NCBI GenBank assembly: GCA_041677685.1 | Contig: JBAYPN010000006.1 | Coordinates: 1 to 32,000, forward strand | Source of the DNA: an archaeon | Lineage (GTDB): Archaea > Iainarchaeota > Iainarchaeia > Iainarchaeales > CSSED10-239 | Reading direction: 5' to 3' | Length of the DNA: 32,000 nt | Part shown: piece after piece, positions 19,511 through 27,639 of the stretch | Numbering within the stretch: the stretch's first letter is position 1 | Layout: each line of letters opens with the position of its first letter | Program-made: the position numbers and the translations under genes | The notes under the pieces: model-generated | The model's database searches: none | What the model was told of the DNA's origin: nothing | What the model saw: only the letters and a program-made list of their open reading frames with translations

Positions 19511-20410
19511 CTAAATCATCCCTGACAACATTGTTGTTAAAATAAATTGAGAGATTGCGTACACAATATATGCAATTGTTAATAGTGCAGGAAAGTAAAT
19601 TGTAACATTTGTTAACTTACCTTCCCTCATCATCGCTATCATTGCTGAAGCTGCAAGTGTCATAATTACAATATAAATATCTAATAATAAATAAATTGAA
19701 CTTTGGGCCTTTATAGCAATTTCTAATGCCCCTGCAGCAGCTATTCCACTATCTATTGCAACCTGTGAAAGAAACTGAGTAATTACTCTTGTTAATCCAA
19801 AAATAAATGGAGCAATCACACCAGCAGCAGCAACAATAAAAATTGTTTGTAACATTGTTTTTGTTAACCTTTCTTTCTTTACTCTAAACAAATATTTTGT
19901 ATCATTTGCAATCTCTTCTAAAACCTCTGCCAACTGAGCACCTGTTCTTAAAGACTCTTGAATTAATGTTACTGTCCTTTTTATAATTTTAGAGTCAACC
20001 CTTATTGTTAAATAGGTAAGAGCAACATGTAGGTTGTCCCCCATCTCTAATCTCCTAATCACACCATTAATCTCTTCAGAAAGATCTCCATAATCAGAGG
20101 TTGCAACTTCCCTTAATGCAAAATCAAAAGAAGAGCCTGCTTTCATAGTGTCTGCAATTAGTTTAAGAGCATCTGGCCAATATCTTTCAATATTTTTAAT
20201 ATGATTTAAATATTTATAAATTGGGATACCTATCCCTAGATCTAAAATAATAACAAACAATAAAATCCCTACCTTTATATTAATTAAAAAACCAATTACA
20301 CCTAATAGTAAAGATGCAATAATTATTGCTAAAAACCAATAGTTTGCTGGGATCTTTATCTTTAAAGAATAAAGATATATTTGATATTTTTCTAAAAATT
20401 TTGATTTCAT
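19511..20410 (-). CDS. Type II secretion system F-domain platform protein (single domain, TadC/EpdK-like)
   Basis: 299 aa. TM helices flank a cytoplasmic T2SSF-type helical domain (ALREVATSDYGDLSEEINGVIRRLEMGDNLHVALTYL...LIQESLRTGAQLAEVLEEIANDT). Confidence 0.75.
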   Translation of the reverse strand: MKSKFLEKYQIYLYSLKIKIPANYWFLAIIIASLLLGVIGFLINIKVGILLFVIILDLGIGIPIYKYLNHIKNIERYWPDALKLIADTMKAGSSFDFALREVATSDYGDLSEEINGVIRRLEMGDNLHVALTYLTIRVDSKIIKRTVTLIQESLRTGAQLAEVLEEIANDTKYLFRVKKERLTKTMLQTIFIVAAAGVIAPFIFGLTRVITQFLSQVAIDSGIAAAGALEIAIKAQSSIYLLLDIYIVIMTLAASAMIAMMREGKLTNVTIYFPALLTIAYIVYAISQFILTTMLSGMI

Positions 20411-20417
20411 TTCATAA

Positions 20418-21560
20418 TCACAATTTTGGTTCTATCATTTTTATATAATATACTAAGACTATAAAGATTATTGGCATAGCTACTAAAAAAATTAAACTTA
20501 AAGTTGTTGGAGTCATTATTCCTGGCAAAAATAATTCCCCACCTTGCCCTAAAGGAGCATTTGCAATTGCACCTAAGATTGCTGCAAAAACAGGAAGAAC
20601 AATTGCCATAAAAATAAAAATTACACCAAAAAAGTTCATTTTCTCTCCAAACACTTTTGCTGACTCTAACAGATCAAAGGAAACTGCATCTGCAACACTG
20701 TTAATTGTGTTTGCTAAGTTACCACCTGTGTTTAATGTTCTTACAATATGTGATAAAGCAATACTATAGTTTCTTGATTGACTTCTTAAAGCTGCATGCC
20801 TTAAGGCAGTTTTTGTATCTGTTCCATTTTCAATTTCCAAAATTGATCTTGCCATCTCTTCAGACAAAACTCCATAATCGTTTTTTGCAACAGATTGTAG
20901 AACTTTATATAGTCCGATACCTGCTTGTAACTCTGTGGCAATATGTCTTAGAGCAAAAGGCAACTCTATATCAATTAAGACCCCTCTTGATTTTGCTTTC
21001 TGCATTGGTATAAAGTAAGCAAAGACTACCATTAATATTATAAAAATTAGCACTAAAATAAAAGGTATAGTTATTAGTAAAATAGGCTTTACTAAAGAAA
21101 AAAGAACTAATAAAAAAAATGAGAAAAAAGCTGCCCCTAAAACTGAAAAAATTGCAGAAAAAATTAAGTGTTGAACTAAGGTTCTTTTATTATTTGCAGA
21201 GGTTAGGTAAAAAGATATCTTTTTTGCAATTTTATTTTTTAAAATTATTAAAACAATTTTGTCTATCAATCCTTTTAGAGGTTTATATAACTTAACTGTA
21301 CTTTTCTCTAAATCTGAACTTGAATGCCCTAAGATTTTTGTTTCTGCATCAATATCTAATTTTGAAAGTTTTCCTTCTGAAATGATGTCTCTTAATTCTT
21401 TTAGATGTCCTTCTGACATGGCTGATCCTGTACCATCTAAGCTTGATTTCTTTTTCATCTTAGACACAATATTTTGCACAGCATCAAGATCAATGTCAAG
21501 TTCATCTTTTGACTTACTATCATTTTTTTTAAGTGTCTTTAAAGTTTTTGAGTCAACCAT
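20418..21560 (-). CDS. Type II secretion system F-domain platform protein (single domain, TadB/EpdJ-like) with ~120-aa charged N-terminal extension
   Basis: 380 aa. T2SSF-type domain ALRHIATELQAGIGLYKVLQSVAKNDYGVLSEEMARSILEIENGTDTKTAL...VRTLNTGGNLANTINSVAD. Lies 7 nt upstream of the second platform gene. Confidence 0.75.
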   Translation of the reverse strand: MVDSKTLKTLKKNDSKSKDELDIDLDAVQNIVSKMKKKSSLDGTGSAMSEGHLKELRDIISEGKLSKLDIDAETKILGHSSSDLEKSTVKLYKPLKGLIDKIVLIILKNKIAKKISFYLTSANNKRTLVQHLIFSAIFSVLGAAFFSFFLLVLFSLVKPILLITIPFILVLIFIILMVVFAYFIPMQKAKSRGVLIDIELPFALRHIATELQAGIGLYKVLQSVAKNDYGVLSEEMARSILEIENGTDTKTALRHAALRSQSRNYSIALSHIVRTLNTGGNLANTINSVADAVSFDLLESAKVFGEKMNFFGVIFIFMAIVLPVFAAILGAIANAPLGQGGELFLPGIMTPTTLSLIFLVAMPIIFIVLVYYIKMIEPKL

Positions 21561-21726
21561 ATCTTTTACCTTAAATTTTTATTGTAAATATTTGCATTAA
21601 ACTTTTCTTGGTTTGTAATCTTTTAGTTGTAAATTTATATTCACATCATTTTTATTACTTTATATGATATGTAAACTTATATTATATTTTGGTTATTATT
21701 ATTTATATATAACCTTTGTCTTTAAC

Positions 21727-23544
21727 CTAACTTTTACTTTTTATATATTCTAATTGTATCTCTTTAGACACATCAGAAATGCTTCTAATATTTTTTGTAA
21801 TCAAATTATTTAACACATTAATTTTATTCTCAATTTGTTTTTTAATATCTTGGTCATCAAAATTTGTGTAAGCTTTAACTGTTTCAAAAAACTTAATTGG
21901 TTTTTCTGTTCTTTCAAGAGTGTCTGTTTCTGGGTTCCATTTAAAGATAATATTTACTTTTGCATCATTTTCTAAAACATCTAAAATCTCTGCAATTGCA
22001 GTTATTCTTCTTACTTGCCCTTTTGCTGATCTTAGCCTTTTTTGAATAATTATAAAATCTACACCTGCAAGCATCAACGGAGGAACACTCATTGGAGGAG
22101 ATGTAATTCTTACAATTGTTTCTTTTGCAGAATTGGCGTGAATTGTCCCCATACATCCATCGTGACCTGTGTTCATGGCGGTGAACAATGTTGTTGCTTC
22201 TGTGTGCCTAATTTCACCTACAATTATTCTGTCAGGTCTCATTCTTAAAGTGTTTTTTGTTAAAATCTCTAAACTTAGTTCTCCTTTTCCTTCTAAACCA
22301 GGAGGCCTTCCTTCAAATCTAATTACATGCTTGATTGGAAGTTTAAGTTCTGCTGTGTCTTCAATTGTTAAAACTCTATCAGCTTCTGGAATAAAGTTTG
22401 CAAGAACATTAAGAGTTGTTGTTTTTCCTGAACCTGTTCCACCTGAGATTAAAACATTTGCTGGCTTTGCTCCAAATCCTTCAACAGCACACCATAAAAA
22501 GGCTGCAACCTCTGCGTTTAAGGTTTTAAAAGTTATTAGGTCTACTATGGTGTAAGGATCTTCTCTAAACTTTCTAATTGTTATTGTTGAACCATCAATT
22601 GAGGCTGGAGGGTAAGTTGCATTAACACGGGAACCATCTGGAAGTCTTGCATCTAACAAAGGTGTTGAAATGTCTACTTGTCTACCAAGGGTTCTTGCAA
22701 TTTTGTCAACAATATCTTGGATACCCTCATCTGAATAAAAGGTAATGTTTGTTGTCATCATACCATAAGAGACATGATAGACATACACTGGTTTTTTAGG
22801 ACCAACAACCATAATTTCCTCTAACTTGTCATCATCTAACAAAGGTTCTAAGACACCATAACCAGTCATCTCTTTAACAACTGAATTTGCATAGAAGGGA
22901 TATAGGTGTTTTGGAATATTAATTTCTGAAGCATTTTCTAAGATATCTATGATCTTTTGATAATATATGTTTTTTCTTTGTAAAGGATCTCTTATCTTGT
23001 AAGGATCTGTGGATATTAGTCTTGTTGTTGCTTCCTTTAAAGTATTAATTATTAATTTTTGAGAAGGTGTTGGTTTTGGAACTGGAATCTTATAGTGAAG
23101 TAGTGATTGGTTTTTTAATCTATAAATTTCTACATCTCCATACTTGGTTATCAAGTGAGCAGAATCATCTAACAACTTATTTTCAAATTCTCTTTCTGGA
23201 ACCTGGGAGATGTCTATTGGTTTTTTAGTTTTTGTTTCTGAAAAAGAGTCTAACTCTTCAAAGGAAGACTTTTTATTTAAAGAATCAAAGTCATTATCTT
23301 TAATTTCTTTTGATAATTTTGAAGATAAACTATTTATGGAGTTGTCTTTAGAATCTTCTTTGTCAACTACAAAATTACTTTTAGTATCTTTATCGCTTTT
23401 AAAATCATCTTCAATATCTTTAGAAATATCTCTACTATTTTGATTTAAAGAAATATCATCAATTGACTTAACTTTAAAAGAATCTTCTTCTGTTTTATAT
23501 TTTTTAATCAAATTATCTAATTGTGACCCTGCCAAAAAAAACAC
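21727..23544 (-). CDS. Type II/IV secretion system ATPase (archaeal pilus assembly ATPase, FlaI/TadA/EpdL-like) with acidic Ser-rich N-terminal extension
   Basis: Walker A SGGTGSGKTTTLN, Asp box VLTIEDTAELKL, Walker B RPDRIIVGEIR, His box TGHDGCMGTIHANS, and N-domain GYGVLEPLLDD. No ATG occurs before the conserved N-domain, so the start must be non-ATG: GTG at 23544, or TTG at 23535, which lies 6 nt after an AGGTG. Confidence 0.85.
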   Translation of the reverse strand: MFFLAGSQLDNLIKKYKTEEDSFKVKSIDDISLNQNSRDISKDIEDDFKSDKDTKSNFVVDKEDSKDNSINSLSSKLSKEIKDNDFDSLNKKSSFEELDSFSETKTKKPIDISQVPEREFENKLLDDSAHLITKYGDVEIYRLKNQSLLHYKIPVPKPTPSQKLIINTLKEATTRLISTDPYKIRDPLQRKNIYYQKIIDILENASEINIPKHLYPFYANSVVKEMTGYGVLEPLLDDDKLEEIMVVGPKKPVYVYHVSYGMMTTNITFYSDEGIQDIVDKIARTLGRQVDISTPLLDARLPDGSRVNATYPPASIDGSTITIRKFREDPYTIVDLITFKTLNAEVAAFLWCAVEGFGAKPANVLISGGTGSGKTTTLNVLANFIPEADRVLTIEDTAELKLPIKHVIRFEGRPPGLEGKGELSLEILTKNTLRMRPDRIIVGEIRHTEATTLFTAMNTGHDGCMGTIHANSAKETIVRITSPPMSVPPLMLAGVDFIIIQKRLRSAKGQVRRITAIAEILDVLENDAKVNIIFKWNPETDTLERTEKPIKFFETVKAYTNFDDQDIKKQIENKINVLNNLITKNIRSISDVSKEIQLEYIKSKS

Positions 23545-24519
23545 CTACTTTTTATTTATTAAAATTATTTGAGCTAAAAGTGCTTCAAGTTGAATTCTAT
23601 CATTTGCACCTTCAACTAATCTAAAATTTATTTCTGCAATAATTGTAATTATTTTTATTTTTGTTTTAATATCTAATTTTTCATCAGGAAAATTAACTAC
23701 TTTTTTATAAATTTGAGAAATTATATCTTCTCCTGACAACCCCTGTTCAAAAAGTAAAGTTTCTAAATAACCTCTTGCTTTTAGATAGTTTCCATTTAGA
23801 CATTCGTCAATTAAATTAATTATATCTTTTGGTTGTGCTGAATTTGAAACTTCGTAGATAATGTCTTGAGTAACTTTGTCTGTCATTGATGAAGCAGCTT
23901 GTAGATAATTGATTGCAGTTCTCATATCTCCCTCACAAACATCATACAAAGCATCAATTGCATCCTCATCAATTGAGATATTTTCATTTGCAAGTATTGG
24001 TTCTAAACCTTTTTTTACATCTTCTTTTCTTAGAGGTTTAAATTTAAATAAAGAACATCTACTTTGAATTGGGGCAATTAATTTTGAAGAATAGTTTGCA
24101 TTTAATATAAATCTTACAGTCCCTGTGTATTTTTCCATGGTTCTTCTTAGAGCTTGTTGAGCATCTGTTGTTAAAGCATCAGCTTCATCTAAAAAGATGA
24201 TTTTGAAATTTGCACCTAAAGGAATTGTTCTTGAAAAATCTTTTATTGCACCTCTTACAACATTGATACCTCTTTCATCTGAAGCATTTAATTCTAAGAA
24301 ATCTTGAGAGAAATTACTTCCAAATAATTCCTTTGCCATAGCCACTGCACAACAGGTCTTTCCAACACCTGGTGGTCCTGCAAACAAAAGGTTGGGCATG
24401 CTTTTTTTTTCCACATACTTTTGTAGCCTTGGAACTATGTGTTTTTGACCTACAACTGACTTTAATAACTTAGGTCTATATTTTTCTGTCCAAGGAAAAG
24501 AATTTTCTACAATTGCCAT
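23545..24519 (-). CDS. rfcS: Replication factor C small subunit
   Basis: WTEKYRPK...VVGQ, Walker A GPPGVGKT, Walker B IIFLDEADALT, and the SRC motif (PIQSRCSLFKF). 324 aa. Confidence 0.93.
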   Translation of the reverse strand: MAIVENSFPWTEKYRPKLLKSVVGQKHIVPRLQKYVEKKSMPNLLFAGPPGVGKTCCAVAMAKELFGSNFSQDFLELNASDERGINVVRGAIKDFSRTIPLGANFKIIFLDEADALTTDAQQALRRTMEKYTGTVRFILNANYSSKLIAPIQSRCSLFKFKPLRKEDVKKGLEPILANENISIDEDAIDALYDVCEGDMRTAINYLQAASSMTDKVTQDIIYEVSNSAQPKDIINLIDECLNGNYLKARGYLETLLFEQGLSGEDIISQIYKKVVNFPDEKLDIKTKIKIITIIAEINFRLVEGANDRIQLEALLAQIILINKK

Positions 24520-24638
24520 AATAAAACTACTTTTAAATATATATTATAAATTAACAATAAAATAATAGTCCAATATATTTATAACCCTTTTTATAGAAAT
24601 AATATATAAAGATTAACAAATATAAAAAAGAAAAACAT

Positions 24639-25031
24639 ATGAAAAAGATAAAAATAAACTATAAAGTAATTATTTTATTTATAATTGCAACAATAATATC
24701 CCAAGCACTAATCAAAGTACTATCCCCTAGTAATTTTTTAAAAAGTCCAACATATATATTTTTACCAATTGTTGGTTTTTTTGGAATGTATTATTTTAGT
24801 GCAGAAATAATGAAATACGTTAGGATAAATAATAAATTTACATTTGCTGGTTTTTTTATAGTAATTGCCTTGTTATGTTTTTATATTGCTTTGTTTATGT
24901 TCTATTGGAATGCGTTAAAAGTTTTAAACAACCAACCAATTGCTTTCCCTTATTTTAAGATCCTCTTAGATTCTGCATTTTTAGAATTTATAGTTTCTGG
25001 AGTTTTTGGAATTTTTGCAATTAAAAAATAA
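24639..25031 (+). CDS. Hypothetical integral membrane protein (about 4 TM)
   Basis: 130-aa ORF with four hydrophobic segments. I recognise no motif. Confidence 0.5.
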   Translation: MKKIKINYKVIILFIIATIISQALIKVLSPSNFLKSPTYIFLPIVGFFGMYYFSAEIMKYVRINNKFTFAGFFIVIALLCFYIALFMFYWNALKVLNNQPIAFPYFKILLDSAFLEFIVSGVFGIFAIKK

Positions 25032-25073
25032 AAAATTATTTACTTTTGTTTATTTTTAAAAAGGTAAGTGGTT

Positions 25074-26303
25074 ATGTCAAAAATATTTATAAAAACTTTT
25101 GGTTGCACCTTAAACAAGAAAGATAGTCTAAACCTTGTTTCTAATTATGATTATAGTGAAGATGAAAAAGATCTGCTCTCTGCAAATCATATTATAATTA
25201 ATACTTGTGGAGTAAAAGAACAAACAGACACAAAAATTATAAACTATTTAAAAAAATTAAAAACACAAAATATTTCTGAAAAGAAAATAATAATCTGTGG
25301 TTGTTTAGTAACCATTAACAAAGAACTACTAACAGATGTTTTTCCAAATGCAAAGTATTTTAGAATTGAAGAAACTAAAGAATTACAAAAATTATTAGAA
25401 GATTTAAAATTGAAAACTAAAGATAGAAAGATAAATCTCTCAGAACCAATAATACTTTCAAATGGGTGCCTTGGGAATTGTAATTATTGTGCAGTAAAGT
25501 TTGCAAGAGGTAGACTTAAAAGTAAAAGTGTAAATGAAATTGTTTTAGAAATTAAAAACGCAATTGGAAATGGAAGTAGAGAAATATTATTGACTTCTCA
25601 AGATAATGGTTGTTATGGCTTTGATATTAATACTAACATAATAAAGTTGTTGTTAGAAGTTATAAAAATAAAAGGAGATTTCTTAGTAAGGTTGGGGATG
25701 GCAAACCCACAACACCTAAAAACCTTTAAAAAAGAATTAATTGAAATTTACAAACACAAAAAAATATATAAATTTTTACATGTCCCAATCCAGAGTGGGG
25801 ATAATGATGTTTTAAAAGATATGAATAGATATTATAAAATTGAAGAAGTGTTTGATATTATTAAAGACTTTAGAAAAGAAATTCCAGAAATTACAATTGC
25901 AACAGACATCATTGTTGGATACCCTACTGAAACTGAAAAACAATTCCAAAACACAATCAAAGTTATTAAGAAAATAAAACCTGATGTTGTTAACATCTCT
26001 AGATTTGGGCAAAGAAAAGGGATTGAGGCAAACAAACATGAAGATCTCTTAGGTGCAATTAAAAAGAAAAGATCTAGAGAACTTACTGTTCTTTGTAGGA
26101 AATTGTTTTTAGAAAAAAATAAAAAATATTTAGATAAAGAAAAAGAAATATTGATTACTGAAGTTGGAAAGAATAACACAGTTATGGGAAGAACCATTGA
26201 ATATAAACCTGTTGGAATTAGAGGGAATTATTCTCTTGGAACCAAAATTAAAATAAAGATTATAGATTGTAAAGCTAATTTTTTAATAGCTAAAAAAATG
26301 TAG
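25074..26303 (+). CDS. Radical SAM methylthiotransferase, archaeal MiaB-like (MtaB/CDKAL1-type) tRNA-modifying enzyme
   Basis: N-terminal UPF0004 motif FIKTFGCTLNKKDS, radical SAM cluster CLGNCNYC, and a C-terminal TRAM-like beta domain. The track ORF starts at GTG 25068; I prefer ATG 25074, which has AGGT 8 nt upstream. Confidence 0.85.
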   Translation: MSKIFIKTFGCTLNKKDSLNLVSNYDYSEDEKDLLSANHIIINTCGVKEQTDTKIINYLKKLKTQNISEKKIIICGCLVTINKELLTDVFPNAKYFRIEETKELQKLLEDLKLKTKDRKINLSEPIILSNGCLGNCNYCAVKFARGRLKSKSVNEIVLEIKNAIGNGSREILLTSQDNGCYGFDINTNIIKLLLEVIKIKGDFLVRLGMANPQHLKTFKKELIEIYKHKKIYKFLHVPIQSGDNDVLKDMNRYYKIEEVFDIIKDFRKEIPEITIATDIIVGYPTETEKQFQNTIKVIKKIKPDVVNISRFGQRKGIEANKHEDLLGAIKKKRSRELTVLCRKLFLEKNKKYLDKEKEILITEVGKNNTVMGRTIEYKPVGIRGNYSLGTKIKIKIIDCKANFLIAKKM

Positions 26304-26402
26304 AAAAAACATAGTTTGTATTTCTAAATAAATGGTCATTTAAGTTAAGTATATAAACTATTTGCTATTTATTTATATATATTAAATTGAATTTGAAAAA
26401 AT

Positions 26403-27131
26403 ATGGATTTGTTTCTTACTTTTAAAAAATATATAGAAAATTACAAGATTATTCTATCTCTTAGTGCATTATTTATATTTTTATTATTTTTAATAAACCC
26501 TGTCTTTAGTCTTTTTGGAGGAACCTTAAATATAACATATAATATCTTAAATTTTGAATTAGGAAATGTTGTGATAAGTTTACTTGCTTCACTTATATTG
26601 TTATTTATATTTAGTTTAGTACAAACAATTATAATCTATAAAATAAGTAAAGACTATAGTGTTAATGAAACAGTTTATTTTAAAGAAATTAAAAAAATGT
26701 TCTATAAGTTATTAAAATTTAATTGGATTTTCTTTTTAGTAATCTTTGGGGTTTCTGTTTTTTTATATGATCTTAATCTTTTAAATAATATTATTACACA
26801 AATTATATTTTTTATAATAACAATTTCTCTTTGGTTTGTTCCACAAATTATTGTTTTAGAAAATAGAGAAATACCTTTGGCAATGTGGTATAGTGCAAGA
26901 TTTTGGAAAAACAATTTTGGGCATTTGTTAACATTATTTTTATGTGGTTTTATTTTAATATTATTAACTAGTTTGATAGAGGTCTTAATAGCTGGGATAA
27001 TTGGAATTATGATTTCTGTGTTATTTTTAGTTTTATTTGTAATACCTTTTACAGAGATTCTAAAAACTGAAATTTATTTAAATAAATATAAACTATTAAA
27101 GCCAAAACACCAATTTAAATTAAAAAGGTAG
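26403..27131 (+). CDS. Hypothetical polytopic membrane protein
   Basis: 242-aa ORF with about 6 hydrophobic segments. I recognise no motif. Confidence 0.5.
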   Translation: MDLFLTFKKYIENYKIILSLSALFIFLLFLINPVFSLFGGTLNITYNILNFELGNVVISLLASLILLFIFSLVQTIIIYKISKDYSVNETVYFKEIKKMFYKLLKFNWIFFLVIFGVSVFLYDLNLLNNIITQIIFFIITISLWFVPQIIVLENREIPLAMWYSARFWKNNFGHLLTLFLCGFILILLTSLIEVLIAGIIGIMISVLFLVLFVIPFTEILKTEIYLNKYKLLKPKHQFKLKR

Positions 27132-27142
27132 ATTGAGAAAAT

Positions 27143-27613
27143 ATGCAAGTAATAGATAAAATTGATAAACATATAATTGAAAAATTAATTGTAGATGGAA
27201 GAATTTCTTTTGCAAATATTGCTAAAGACATTAACTTAACAGATGTTGCAATTAAGAAAAGATTAGATAGACTTAAACAGAAAGGAATTGTTAAAGCTAT
27301 TTTTGCAGAAATAGATTATAGTGTTATTGGATTTATTGAGATGATTGATATTTTAATCTGTATTGATCCTTCTAAACAAAAAGAAATAATTAGAAAATTA
27401 AAAGAGAATGACGATGTTATTAAGCTAACAGAAGTTACAGGAGAATATAACTTTATAGCAAAAGTAATTGCTGAAGATAAAGAAGATCTTAAAAAAGTCT
27501 TAGATAATATTTATACTGTAGATGGGATTATTAAAGTAAACATACTTACGACTATTAAAGAACATAAAAATACAAAAAATTTACCAGGTAAAATTATTCA
27601 AACTACTTTTTAA
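27143..27613 (+). CDS. Lrp/AsnC family transcriptional regulator
   Basis: N-terminal HTH DKHIIEKLIVDGRISFANIAKDINLTDVAIKKRLDRLKQKGIV followed by an RAM/ACT-like alpha-beta domain. 156 aa. Confidence 0.8.
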   Translation: MQVIDKIDKHIIEKLIVDGRISFANIAKDINLTDVAIKKRLDRLKQKGIVKAIFAEIDYSVIGFIEMIDILICIDPSKQKEIIRKLKENDDVIKLTEVTGEYNFIAKVIAEDKEDLKKVLDNIYTVDGIIKVNILTTIKEHKNTKNLPGKIIQTTF

Positions 27614-27639
27614 TTTTAAGATTATAGGACATTTTATAA

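Noticed and set aside
21965-22555. Short ORFs on both strands inside the ATPase gene (21965-22156, 22042-22248, 22169-22555)
   Set aside because: They are embedded in a gene with unambiguous Walker/Asp/His box motifs. Their Cys/Arg/Asn-rich or low-complexity translations mark them as alternative-frame artefacts.
15454-23544. Archaellum (archaeal flagellum) operon
   Set aside because: There are no FlaC/D/E, FlaF, FlaG or FlaH-like genes. The platform is split into two single-domain genes, all substrates have Gln at +1, and two subunits are only 65-72 aa. An adhesive Epd/Tad-like pilus fits better. A phylogeny of the ATPase would be needed for certainty.
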